Below are positions 26,860-36,332 of a stretch of DNA of 64,000 nt, piece after piece (the first letter of the stretch is position 1; every line of letters starts with the position of its first letter). The stretch lies in contig CAZKFZ010000002.1 in assembly GCA_964552475.1 (NCBI GenBank), positions 134,160 to 198,159 of the forward strand. The letters run 5' to 3'. Both the position numbers and the translations under genes were made by a program. The DNA comes from an uncultured Candidatus Saccharibacteria bacterium (GTDB lineage Bacteria; Patescibacteriota; Saccharimonadia; CAILAD01; BJGX01). Below the pieces are notes generated by a model. The model ran no database searches. It worked only from the letters and a program-made list of their open reading frames with translations, and was not told the DNA's origin.

Positions 26860-28179
26860 CTAGAACCCACTAACGGTTTTTTCATTATTAATAAGCCATT
26901 TGCCGCTTTGACTAATAACACTATATTCATAGCCTTGAGTGTACTGATTTGGATTGTCAGTATACTTGTATAGAACATTTACTTGGGCCTTATATGTTCC
27001 ATCGGTTTGTTTAGCAACGCTTATTATTCTAAAGCTACTTGGATATTGAAATTGTCTCTGTTCAGGAGTGAGTTGATTAAAATCGTATTCGCCCTGAAAA
27101 CCAGAGGTCATGACAGGTCGCATTACTGTAGCGTTACCGGCTATATAGCCTTGTTCAAAGGTTGTGACATTGTTGGTTACCGTGGTTTTGTTGGCAGCAT
27201 CTTGAGCGGCAGCGTTAGTGGCAGCATCTTGAGCTTCTTGTTCTTTTAGCTTGGCCTCGTCTAGTTTATCTTTTTGCTTGGATAAAGTTTCATCAATGTT
27301 AAATATTTCTGGCGGCATCTTGTCGCTTAAGTATTTGGCATTATCTTGAAATCTGTTAGTAGCTTGTTCAGCTAGACCAGATAAGTCGTTTAGTTTAGAG
27401 ATATCTGCTGTATTTAAATTGGCGACGTCTTTACTTTGGTTGGCAGCTTCAGCGATGTAATCATTTAAACTCACAAGAGCTTCTCTATACCTTGTAATGT
27501 CGTCTTTGTCACTTGATACGGGCGAAAGTTGGTCAGCTCTAAATTTGACATCACCCATGAGATTTCTGTAATCATCTAACTTCTTAGAGTAGTTGTCATA
27601 GCTAGTCTGATCTTTTGTGGCAGATGCGGCCGCATCGTTTACACCCTTCGCTCCATCCACAATTAAGTGCCAATTGGTCTTAATAGATTGTTGATTTTGG
27701 GTGGTTTTTTGATTAGTTAAAGCCCAATATACAATACCAGTTATAAGAGCTAGGCCAGCAACAACTAAAAACCAAAAAAATGGTTTTTTATAAAATGGTT
27801 TATCAGACTTAAGGTTTTTTTCTGAATTAACAAGTAATTTTTTACTATCTAGGTCTTCAACTAAGTCATAAACTTTGCTAATGGTTTTTTGCTTATGATT
27901 TTTTTGGTTCTCAAATAATATCTCTGCAACTACTGCGTAGCTACCAGCTTCTTTACTAGTACGAATTATCCTAAATGAAACGGGTAGATTTTTTTTAGGT
28001 TTTTGCGAATCAATTACAGAAAAGTCGTAATCTGCCTGAAAATTTTCTGACATTAGTTCACGCATTTTCTCTGGATTAAGGTCTATTCTAGCATCCAAAA
28101 ATTTTACAACTTGCTTTTCGGCTAAGTTTAGTTGAGGCGCAACAGTGGGCTCTTTGGTAACTAGTTCTTTGTCTTTCAT
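26860..28179 (-). CDS. Hypothetical single-pass membrane protein with an internally duplicated about 90-aa domain on either side of the TM, plus a coiled-coil region
   Basis: N-terminal QADYDFSVIDSQKP...SFRIIRTSKEAGSYAVVAEILF and C-terminal FQGEYDFNQLTPEQ...SFRIISVAKQTDGTYKAQVNVLY are clearly homologous. Central TM FWFLVVAGLALITGIVYWAL. Confidence 0.55.
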   Translation of the reverse strand: MKDKELVTKEPTVAPQLNLAEKQVVKFLDARIDLNPEKMRELMSENFQADYDFSVIDSQKPKKNLPVSFRIIRTSKEAGSYAVVAEILFENQKNHKQKTISKVYDLVEDLDSKKLLVNSEKNLKSDKPFYKKPFFWFLVVAGLALITGIVYWALTNQKTTQNQQSIKTNWHLIVDGAKGVNDAAASATKDQTSYDNYSKKLDDYRNLMGDVKFRADQLSPVSSDKDDITRYREALVSLNDYIAEAANQSKDVANLNTADISKLNDLSGLAEQATNRFQDNAKYLSDKMPPEIFNIDETLSKQKDKLDEAKLKEQEAQDAATNAAAQDAANKTTVTNNVTTFEQGYIAGNATVMRPVMTSGFQGEYDFNQLTPEQRQFQYPSSFRIISVAKQTDGTYKAQVNVLYKYTDNPNQYTQGYEYSVISQSGKWLINNEKTVSGF

Positions 28180-28204
28180 AACGTTTATGATTACTTTAAC
28201 TACA

Positions 28205-29458
28205 TTATAGCATTAACTGTGCAAGACTCAAGAATATGAAGAAGCCACCTACATCTGTACAGGTAGTAATAAATATTGTGGCTGAGGTAGCAGGGTCCTT
28301 TCCTAAAGATTTCATAATTAACGGAATAATTGCCCCTGCTACCGATGCAATTATAAGATTACCTATCATCGCCAACGCTAATACTAGCCCAAGCATAGGG
28401 TTTTTATTTACCAAGATAGCTACTAGAGCGACAATAGTTCCATTAATAACACCATTAATTATGCCTGCACCAAGTTCGCGCATAGCAAACCGCAGTCCGT
28501 GAGCTAGATCGATTTCTTTCATTACTAGTCCCCGTACTGCGACTGCAAGAGTTTGGGTGGCAGCATTACCACCCATACCAGCAACTATTGGCATATATAC
28601 GGCAAGAATTGTAAATTTTGCTATAGTACCTTCATAGAGTCCCACTACCGAGGCTGCCAAAAAGGCAGTACCCAAGTTGATCATCAACCAAATATAACGA
28701 TTTCGTACCTTAGGGCCTACACCATCTAACGCATCTTCTTCTTTGTTAACACCCGCAAAACCATATAAATCGTTAGCGGTACGTTTATCTATAAGACCAA
28801 GTAAGTCGTCGGAGTGAATAACCCCCAAAATGCTTTGATCTTCTGCCAAAACAACCACTTTGTTATGGGGATGCTTTATAAATGAGTTTACAACCTTATG
28901 TTCGTCGTTATCAAAGCGAACCGACGGTACTCTTTTAATATAGTTTTCAATTTTCTCTTTACCACTATGTAGTGCGAGCTCGTGGCCTGGCAATTCACCA
29001 AGTAGTTTGCCGTTATCTACCACTAAAATAGAGGGAAATTTACCTGTCCTACTCTCGTGTTCTTTAATACTAATAGATACATCTTCGAAATGCGTTTTAG
29101 GATCTATCACTACATAATCTAGATTCATCAAGCCTGCGGCAGTTCTAGGGTTAAAACTTAGTAGTGTTTCTACTTTATCTCTAACTGTATCAGATAGTTT
29201 CGAGGTAATTTTTCTGGCGCTATGCGGTTTTAGTTCTTGAATAATATCTGTGGCTTTGTCGGGATCTAGATAATTTAATAACGCAATTAGTTCATCGTTA
29301 TCTAGATCTTCTACAATACTGGATCTGATTCTCTTAGAGAGCTTGAGAAGTACAAAGCCTTGTTGGCTAACGTCTATATCGCGAAAAATAGTCAGGCGTA
29401 CACGAGGCAACTTAGTGAGTTGTTCAATTACCTTATCATCGGCTACATATGAATTCAT
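28205..29458 (-). CDS. mgtE: Magnesium transporter MgtE (MgtE-N, CBS pair, 5-TM domain)
   Basis: Domain order and C-terminal TM region with conserved GN and D residues (LIIASVAGAIIPLIMKSLGKDPATSATIFITTCTDVGGFFIFL). Confidence 0.85.
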   Translation of the reverse strand: MNSYVADDKVIEQLTKLPRVRLTIFRDIDVSQQGFVLLKLSKRIRSSIVEDLDNDELIALLNYLDPDKATDIIQELKPHSARKITSKLSDTVRDKVETLLSFNPRTAAGLMNLDYVVIDPKTHFEDVSISIKEHESRTGKFPSILVVDNGKLLGELPGHELALHSGKEKIENYIKRVPSVRFDNDEHKVVNSFIKHPHNKVVVLAEDQSILGVIHSDDLLGLIDKRTANDLYGFAGVNKEEDALDGVGPKVRNRYIWLMINLGTAFLAASVVGLYEGTIAKFTILAVYMPIVAGMGGNAATQTLAVAVRGLVMKEIDLAHGLRFAMRELGAGIINGVINGTIVALVAILVNKNPMLGLVLALAMIGNLIIASVAGAIIPLIMKSLGKDPATSATIFITTCTDVGGFFIFLSLAQLML

Positions 29459-29490
29459 ATGCTCATTATACTAATGTTTGGAGTTTCTAA

Positions 29491-29790
29491 CTAGCGAACC
29501 ATGCCCTTAAATCGACTACCAGCTCTAAATTTGGGTAACATTATTTTAGGGATATCAATCTTATCTCCTGTCATCGGGTTAATACCCGCTCTTGCAGCGC
29601 GTTTGCCAAGATAAAATGTACCAAAACCTGTAATATTCACCTTTTGACCATGCTTTACTTCACTCATAATTATCATACTCATTTTATTTATAGTGCGTTC
29701 AGCTTGGCGCTTAGTAATATTGGCACTCTCCGCAAGTTCTTCAATAAGTTCTCTGTGTGTCATTTTTTTCCTATTTATATTATTTAGCAA
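29491..29790 (-). CDS. hup: HU family nucleoid-associated DNA-binding protein
   Basis: GFGTF...RAARAGINPMTGDKIDIP...FRAGSRFK beta-arm signature. Confidence 0.85.
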   Translation of the reverse strand: MLNNINRKKMTHRELIEELAESANITKRQAERTINKMSMIIMSEVKHGQKVNITGFGTFYLGKRAARAGINPMTGDKIDIPKIMLPKFRAGSRFKGMVR

Positions 29791-31333
29791 ACTCTACTGC
29801 GCGAGTTTCACGAATTACATTTACCTTGATAGTTCCTGGATACTTTAGGGTAGCTTCTATCTTGGTGGCCACATCCCTGGCAAGCTTAATAGCACTAAGA
29901 TCGTCAACATTTTCTGGGCTCACAAATACTCGTATTTCGCGCCCAGCACTCATTGCATATACCTTCTCTACGCCCGGAAATGCTTTGGTAACATTTTCTA
30001 GGTCTGTCATGCGCTTACCAAAGTTCTCTGCACTATCGCCTCTTGCTCCAGGTCGTCCAGCACTTAATGCATCTACCACTCTCACTACTAATGCTTCTGG
30101 GGTAGTAGCTTCAATATCGTCGTGGTGTGCTTCGGCAGCATGAACAGTGGCTTCGTCAAAACCTTCTTTACGCATAATATCCCCAGTAATATGATGATGC
30201 TTACCTTCTACTTCATGACTCACGGCTTTACCCAGATCGTGTAGATATGCTGCAGTTCTACAAATTTTTACGTCAGCGCCAATTTCCTCGGCAACCATGG
30301 CCGCTAAATGAGCCATCTCAACAGAGTGATGCAGTACATTTTGACTAAAAGAAGTTCTAAACTTGAGCTGTCCCATTAATTTGTTTATCTCTGGTGGTAA
30401 ACCAACTACCTTAGCTTCTCTAGCTGCATCTTCGCCAGCTTTTTTTATTTCTGTATCAATTTCTTTTTGTGCCTTTTGTACCAACTCTTCAATGCGCCCC
30501 GGGTGAATACGTCCATCTTTTACAAGTTGTTCCATAGCAACGCGCGCAACCTGTCGACGTATTGGGTCAAATCCAGACAGGGTAATGACTCCAGGGCTTT
30601 CATCTATTAATACATCAACCCCGGTAAGGCGTTCAAAGGTTTGAATGTTCCTACCTTCTTTTCCGATTATTCTACCTTTCACTTCATCACTGGGTATTGT
30701 TACTGTCGTAATTGTTCTTTCGGTAGCCTGACTACTGGCCATTCTCTCCATGGCAGCTGCCATTATTTCTTTGGCATCTTCATCGGCATTTTCGGTTGCA
30801 TCACGTTTGAGTTTCTCTATGTATTCTACGAGGTCGGCTTTGATGTCTTTTTCGGTCATAGCCATAAGTTTATCTACTGCTTCTTTACGTTTTAGTTTAG
30901 CTATTTTCTCTAGATTATCGACTTGTCGAGATCGAATATCTCGAAGTTCTTGTTTGATGGCCTCAATCTCTTTCTCGTCATTTTTCATAACTTCAGCCCG
31001 TCGCTCTACAGCCTCTAGCTTACTATCTAGTAATTTTTCTCTATCGCTAACTCGCTTTTCTTGTTCGTCTATACGAGATCTTCGTTGTTTTTCTTCATCT
31101 TTAGCTTCATTTTGAATCTTTAACGCTTCTTCTTTGGCGTGTAAAATTTCTTCTTTCGATTTTACCTTAGCTTCTTCTAAGATTTTATCTGCCTTTGCTT
31201 GACCATCAGCGCTTTTTTGTCTGTTTATTACAACACTACCACCATAACCTAGTGCGCCAGCACCGATCATAACAGCGAGTAAAATAACCACCTGCATTTT
31301 TACACTCCTCTCGCAATGTTTATACAAAAACAA
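29780..31333 (-). CDS. rny: Ribonuclease Y (N-terminal TM, coiled coil, KH, HD domains)
   Basis: KH motif GRIIGKEGRNIQTFERLTGVDVLIDE, HD motif LHDLGKAV...HH. Confidence 0.88.
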   Translation of the reverse strand: MFLYKHCERSVKMQVVILLAVMIGAGALGYGGSVVINRQKSADGQAKADKILEEAKVKSKEEILHAKEEALKIQNEAKDEEKQRRSRIDEQEKRVSDREKLLDSKLEAVERRAEVMKNDEKEIEAIKQELRDIRSRQVDNLEKIAKLKRKEAVDKLMAMTEKDIKADLVEYIEKLKRDATENADEDAKEIMAAAMERMASSQATERTITTVTIPSDEVKGRIIGKEGRNIQTFERLTGVDVLIDESPGVITLSGFDPIRRQVARVAMEQLVKDGRIHPGRIEELVQKAQKEIDTEIKKAGEDAAREAKVVGLPPEINKLMGQLKFRTSFSQNVLHHSVEMAHLAAMVAEEIGADVKICRTAAYLHDLGKAVSHEVEGKHHHITGDIMRKEGFDEATVHAAEAHHDDIEATTPEALVVRVVDALSAGRPGARGDSAENFGKRMTDLENVTKAFPGVEKVYAMSAGREIRVFVSPENVDDLSAIKLARDVATKIEATLKYPGTIKVNVIRETRAVEFAK

Positions 31334-31505
31334 CCAAGTTTAAGTTTAAAAGGTTGTTTTTGTATTTGTATTGTATGAATTTAATTAATTATAAAAGCCT
31401 TGTTTAGAGTCTTTATATATAAAGCTCTGGTATTGTCTGACTAATTCCATTATTATCCGTGATACTTATAGAATCAAGTTTTTTGCTTATAAAAAACTAA
31501 ATTAT

Positions 31506-32306
31506 TTACTTTTTAGGCTCCGTTATATTTGGTTCTGATGAGTATTTAGGTGTAACAAAAATATTTGTCTTTGCAGTCATGAGTTTTTTTAGACCATTTT
31601 TTATCCAGTCATTCTTATTAGCCTCAACTACTGGAATATTTTGTGAGTATGCCAAAGTATTGGCGACCGTAGTACCAATGCGTAAGCCGGTGAATGAACC
31701 TTCTCCTGTGAAAACAACAATACCATGCAAATCAAGCATATTAACATAATTGCGTTTAAATAATTCTTGAATATACGGGAGTAGTTCGTCTGCAAGAGAT
31801 CTACCTGCTATCCATATGTGGTCATCAATTTTTTGTCCGTCTGCTGTCATTAAATATAACTCTGCTTGTTCTGTATCTGTTCTTATCGCAAGTATTACTC
31901 TTAAATTTTTTTCTGTAGGCCATACACCCGACTTAATCAATTGGTCTTGTTTTGGCTCGCCACAATACTCATACACCCACGCTTGATTGTCTGGGGCTAT
32001 TAGCTTGGTTAGCACCCGTCTATAGCCCGGGCTTGTTGTGTTGATATTGTCTATAGCTTCGTAATCATCTAACTTAGGTAATATACTTTTGTCCAAAATT
32101 TCATATAGCTCCGCCTTTACCCTACCGCCTCCAAGTTTGAGCGCTGGTAATCTGCCAATATCATATAATTTGCCTTCTATTATGCAGCTACCTACATAGT
32201 TCAGCTTTTCTGATAACTCCTTAATAAATGGGTTAGCAGATTCTTTTTTGAGAGTTCCATAAAATGAAATATAGTCTTTATTGTTATTTTTTTTTAGAAC
32301 AATCAT
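31506..32306 (-). CDS. tsaB: Fusion protein: N-terminal gamma-glutamylcyclotransferase-like (AIG2/GGCT fold) domain plus C-terminal TsaB (t6A37 tRNA threonylcarbamoyladenosine biosynthesis, YeaZ)
   Basis: N-terminal FYGTLK, GKLYDIGRLPAL, VKAELYEI, LDDYE, YRR, AWVYEY match AIG2/GGCT motifs. C-terminal VILAIRTDTEQAEL...VVFTGEGSFTGLRIG matches TsaB. Confidence 0.7.
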   Translation of the reverse strand: MIVLKKNNNKDYISFYGTLKKESANPFIKELSEKLNYVGSCIIEGKLYDIGRLPALKLGGGRVKAELYEILDKSILPKLDDYEAIDNINTTSPGYRRVLTKLIAPDNQAWVYEYCGEPKQDQLIKSGVWPTEKNLRVILAIRTDTEQAELYLMTADGQKIDDHIWIAGRSLADELLPYIQELFKRNYVNMLDLHGIVVFTGEGSFTGLRIGTTVANTLAYSQNIPVVEANKNDWIKNGLKKLMTAKTNIFVTPKYSSEPNITEPKK

Positions 32307-32782
32307 TTTAATACCTCAAGCAATTTGGTACTTTTGTCGCCTTCGGCAGAAAATACTAGCCCTCTGGTGTTCTCGTCAATATACTCAAACTTAATTACTA
32401 ATCTATTTTTATCTAGAACTTTATGAAAGTTCTGGGCCCATTCTACTACTACCAAAGCGTTTGGGTCGGTTAAACAATCTTGGAGTTCATTTAATACATA
32501 CTCATCATCGTTTATTCTGTAAAGATCAAAATGCTCGAGTTTGCCACCATCAAACTCATAACTTCTGTGAATATTAAATGTAGGACTAGTTATAGTCTGC
32601 TTTACGCCTAGAGTCTTTCCTAGCGCCTTAGTGAAGGCAGTTTTACCTCCTCCGAGATCTCCTATGAGTTCTATTAATTGGGGAGTATTAATTTTTTTAG
32701 CGAGTTTAGCGGCCAAGGCCGAACTTGTTTTTAAATCTAATGTAAGACGAAGTGATTTCTGGTTTGTATTCATATATTCCAT
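32303..32782 (-). CDS. tsaE: tRNA threonylcarbamoyladenosine biosynthesis ATPase TsaE
   Basis: P-loop LIGDLGGGKTAFTK, SPTFNIHRSYE, HFDLYRI motifs. Confidence 0.8.
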   Translation of the reverse strand: MEYMNTNQKSLRLTLDLKTSSALAAKLAKKINTPQLIELIGDLGGGKTAFTKALGKTLGVKQTITSPTFNIHRSYEFDGGKLEHFDLYRINDDEYVLNELQDCLTDPNALVVVEWAQNFHKVLDKNRLVIKFEYIDENTRGLVFSAEGDKSTKLLEVLK

Positions 32783-33998
32783 AGCCTATAGTACCTGTTC
32801 CAAGAATAATCAGCAACCACGGCCACAGGTTGGCAAATTTTGAGTTTAGTGAAGCTTGGTTTTCGGTAGCAATGTCGTTGGCAGTTTTTTCTTTGGAAGC
32901 TTTTAGTTTATTGGCTTTGGGTTTTTGAGTTGATACTTTTTTGGCAACCGCCTTTTTCTTAGTAGCTGACTTAGCCGATGATTTCGTAGCGATGGGTTTA
33001 ATAATAATTGGTGCAATATAAACTGATGAGTTACTAATAGCAGGTGTTGGAGTTGTGTTCCAGTCCCACGACCCGTCCACCAATCCCCAACTCAACCCCT
33101 CTTTTGATTCACCATAGTCTGGTGATTGTTCTACGATATCACCTGTAGGATTGACCAAACTAATAGTGTCTCCGTTGTTATTGAGAGACAGATGAGTTTC
33201 TGAGCTCATAAATACTATATAGCTCTCAGCTGCCACAGTATGATTTTTGATAATAAATACGTTACCGGAAGCGTCTTTGAGTAGCCAACCGCTTAAATCT
33301 ACATCGAATTTATTAGGATTATATATTTCTATGAATTCGTCGGTAGATTCCGATTCGTCGTCGGTTGGGTTTGGATAAAGTTCGGTAATCATCAATGCTG
33401 GATAACTAATGTCTTCATCAATTTGTTCAACTTCTACAACCGGAATGGTTTTGGGGGTAGGTGTAGTAGCAATATAAAAATCTGAGAAATTATCGCCAGT
33501 ATCTATTACTAAGCCCGTACCAGATTCGAATTGTCTATATAGACTTTGCCCAGCTTCTGGAGCAACTGTAGCTTTACCGTTGCTGGCGTCAGTACCACCC
33601 CACCCAACTCTATCTACAACACTACCTTTGTCATCCCTAAGATCTATTACTCCGGAAGTTTGCGACATACCAGAAATCAAACTAGCATCTTGCTCCAGAC
33701 TGTTAGTGCTAATAAGAAAAAACGCGTGACTAGCAATACTACTATTTGCTGTAAGGCTAGCACGTTTGTTCCACGTTTTACCTGTAGCAGATTTATAGTG
33801 GACCGACCAATTCGCCAAATTTATTGAACTGTCTGAGTTATTATACAGCTCTACAAATTCTTCGGTCGCAGAAGTAGAGCTACCCATACTTATTTCTGAG
33901 ATTAGCACTTTAGATTCAGAAGCTGCCACCAACTTAATTGGTAATAATAGACATAGTACAGTCGAAACAATCAACAATAATTTTAATTTAATACTCAT
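32706..33998 (-). CDS. Secreted protein with two lamin-tail domains (LTD) and a C-terminal TM anchor. The 3' end overlaps the tsaE start by about 75 nt.
   Basis: Signal peptide, then LISEISMGSS...EFVELYNNSD...LANWSV and LMITELYPNP...EFIEIYNPNK...LSGWLL (LTD signatures). C-terminal hydrophobic helix. Confidence 0.65.
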   Translation of the reverse strand: MSIKLKLLLIVSTVLCLLLPIKLVAASESKVLISEISMGSSTSATEEFVELYNNSDSSINLANWSVHYKSATGKTWNKRASLTANSSIASHAFFLISTNSLEQDASLISGMSQTSGVIDLRDDKGSVVDRVGWGGTDASNGKATVAPEAGQSLYRQFESGTGLVIDTGDNFSDFYIATTPTPKTIPVVEVEQIDEDISYPALMITELYPNPTDDESESTDEFIEIYNPNKFDVDLSGWLLKDASGNVFIIKNHTVAAESYIVFMSSETHLSLNNNGDTISLVNPTGDIVEQSPDYGESKEGLSWGLVDGSWDWNTTPTPAISNSSVYIAPIIIKPIATKSSAKSATKKKAVAKKVSTQKPKANKLKASKEKTANDIATENQASLNSKFANLWPWLLIILGTGTIGYGIYEYKPEITSSYIRFKNKFGLGR

Positions 33999-34154
33999 TT
34001 TCCCCCTTCGTTTTTTTTTATAATAATCACTAAAAAACCGAAAGTAAAGCGTAACAACGATACTTTATTAAAATTTCATAAAAAAACTATACTTGACCGT
34101 ATAAGCACAACAGGTTTACAATATAAGCTACCAAAGATAGTAACGAGGAACCTA

Positions 34155-34568
34155 ATGAAGATTGGTCAATTTCTAAAGCCTCAAAAAGGCTTTACCCTAC
34201 TTGAGCTACTAATTGTAATAATAATTGTTTTTGTACTAGGTATTATTATTGTACCCAACCTCTTATCTGGCCCTGCCAGGGCTAGGGATAGTCAGCGTAA
34301 GCAAGATCTTAGGCAAATTAAGACAGCTCTAGAGAACTATTACAACACCAATAGTAGTTACCCGACATCACTACAGGTATTAACCGAAGGCAGCTCACCT
34401 TTTATAAAAACTTTACCGACCGACCCAAAAACCCATGAAGCCTATGTGTATACCACAACGGGTAACCCACCAAGTAATTACCTACTAAAAGTTACATTAG
34501 AAAATAGTGGCGACAAAGATGCTAAGTCTGGCACCACTAATATATATGAAGTGAATAGTACTAACTGA
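34155..34568 (+). CDS. Type IV pilin/pseudopilin with prepilin N-terminal cleavage-methylation motif
   Basis: MKIGQFLKPQKG|FTLLELLIVIIIV: class III signal peptide with G-F cleavage site and Glu+5. Confidence 0.75.
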   Translation: MKIGQFLKPQKGFTLLELLIVIIIVFVLGIIIVPNLLSGPARARDSQRKQDLRQIKTALENYYNTNSSYPTSLQVLTEGSSPFIKTLPTDPKTHEAYVYTTTGNPPSNYLLKVTLENSGDKDAKSGTTNIYEVNSTN

Positions 34569-34611
34569 GTTAACTATATAAAAATCAAATTACCAACTAG
34601 GTTGAATATTT

Positions 34612-35658
34612 ATGATTAAACTTCTAGGTAAAAATCCAAATTCAGTTATTGGGCTAGATATTGGCGAACATACCATTAAGGCTGTTCAGGTAACAAAAAG
34701 TGGTAGTCAGGTGAGTTTAGATGGCTATGGTAGTATTGAGAATAATTCCTTAGATCTTAATAGTTCAATAACTCTAAGACCTGTACTTAAACATCTTTTT
34801 CAAAATCCTACACATGGTAGGTTTAACTCTAGTAATGCAGTGGTTAGTCTGCCCAATCAGATTAGTTCAACTTCTATACTAGATATTCCAAAAACAAAAA
34901 ACTTGCGCTCTAAACCCGAATCTTACATACAAAGTTTTATTCAAAATAAATATGGTAGTAACCGAGACATATCTTATAGTTATTTTCCTGTAAATATAAA
35001 TCAATTAGCCGATAAAAGTATTAAAAATACCTATTTAGTAGTGACTACTGCTAAAGAATTAACTAGTAGTATAGATAGCAGTTTGTTACAGAACGGTGTT
35101 AAGAGCACTACCTACAGTTCAATGCTTAATGTTGCACTCAAAAACCACAAACCCCATGCCGAAGTATTAAACCTAATAGATATTGGGCACAAAACCAGCA
35201 CCTACCTATTTGCATACAAGGATGCCGTATTATTTAATAAGATAAATTTTGGCGCCGATCAGTTAATGCTTTCGGTCGCAAAAGATCTGCAAATTAATAG
35301 AATTCAACAGGTGGTTGAGTTAATAAAAAAATCAGGTCTTTATGGTGATGAGTTCGCCAACAAGGCACGACATAGCATTGAAAGATCTGCCAGCGGATTT
35401 ATACATGAGCTTAAACAATTAATTGATAATTATAATCTAGCATTGGTTGGAAGCAAACCTCAAGACACAACTATAACTATATGTGGAGCAATATCTGGGG
35501 TAGCGGGATTCACTGAATTTATGTCGTCAAGTCTTGGTATAAAAACAGATATTATTAAGCCGTGGCAAAACACCGACATCTATCCTCTTAAACCATTGTC
35601 ATCTAATAAATTAGCACTATTTGGCACCGCAATTGGTTTGTCTCTTAGCCTATACTAG
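34612..35658 (+). CDS. pilM: Type IV pilus assembly protein PilM (actin-like ATPase fold)
   Basis: N-terminus IGLDIGEHTIKAVQV is typical of PilM. Size 348 aa. Confidence 0.7.
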   Translation: MIKLLGKNPNSVIGLDIGEHTIKAVQVTKSGSQVSLDGYGSIENNSLDLNSSITLRPVLKHLFQNPTHGRFNSSNAVVSLPNQISSTSILDIPKTKNLRSKPESYIQSFIQNKYGSNRDISYSYFPVNINQLADKSIKNTYLVVTTAKELTSSIDSSLLQNGVKSTTYSSMLNVALKNHKPHAEVLNLIDIGHKTSTYLFAYKDAVLFNKINFGADQLMLSVAKDLQINRIQQVVELIKKSGLYGDEFANKARHSIERSASGFIHELKQLIDNYNLALVGSKPQDTTITICGAISGVAGFTEFMSSSLGIKTDIIKPWQNTDIYPLKPLSSNKLALFGTAIGLSLSLY

Positions 35659-36300
35659 ATAGTTCTTTTCTTCGTGGTGCATAGCATTTTTTTGTGAATT
35701 AACATTTTCTTTTCTAATTTTGAGTATATAGTGCTCTATCTCGTATGGTTCGGCAATATAATCGAGTACAAAATTTTCTCGCTCACCAGCAGTTTGAATC
35801 AACAAGGTGCCATATTGAAAAATAGTTTGCATTGGTCCATGCACTTTGGCAGTGATATCCTGTATCTCCTCTAGCCGAAGTGTAGATACTGTTCTATTAA
35901 ACAATCCAATTTGATCAATGTCTACTATGTGTTCGTTAGTAATAATTAATTTATTTCTGCGCCAAATCCAAAAAACTGCAACAAATAAAAAGGCTAGTAA
36001 AAAAATTACTAAAAACCCTACAAGGTTTAAATAGCTCATCGAAACAACCGTATTTATTTGGTCTTGATATTGACCCAAATAATAAACGCCAATAATACCA
36101 AGAATGGCAAGAGTAAACAATGCGAATAGAAACGGGAATATTGCAACAATATGCTTGTATACTACCTTTAGAGTAACTTCACTACTAGGTTGGCCCGGGT
36201 AATGCTTACTAACCGTAGAATGAAAAATTTTGCCAAAAAGTGAAGCTTTGGTTTTTTTATCTTCGCCAGGTGGTTCATGTTTAATAGTGTAGTTTTCCAT
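35650..36300 (-). CDS. Membrane protein with bacterial PH domain (bPH_2/YdbT-like)
   Basis: Two TM helices followed by LIITNEHIVDIDQIGLFNRTV...LLIQTAGERENFVLDYIAEP pattern of bPH_2. Confidence 0.6.
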   Translation of the reverse strand: MENYTIKHEPPGEDKKTKASLFGKIFHSTVSKHYPGQPSSEVTLKVVYKHIVAIFPFLFALFTLAILGIIGVYYLGQYQDQINTVVSMSYLNLVGFLVIFLLAFLFVAVFWIWRRNKLIITNEHIVDIDQIGLFNRTVSTLRLEEIQDITAKVHGPMQTIFQYGTLLIQTAGERENFVLDYIAEPYEIEHYILKIRKENVNSQKNAMHHEEKNYLV

Positions 36301-36332
36301 ATATGGGCGCTATTTTAGCATAATTAGGCTAT

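Noticed and set aside
30641-31115. Plus-strand ORFs antisense to rny (Ser-rich).
   Set aside because: Low-complexity antisense frames within a well-supported RNase Y gene.
32706-32782. About 75-nt overlap between the 3' end of the LTD protein gene and the 5' end of tsaE, considered as evidence of a frameshift or pseudogene.
   Set aside because: Both ORFs are individually well supported. tsaE may start at a downstream Met. Cannot decide without expression data, so both are retained.
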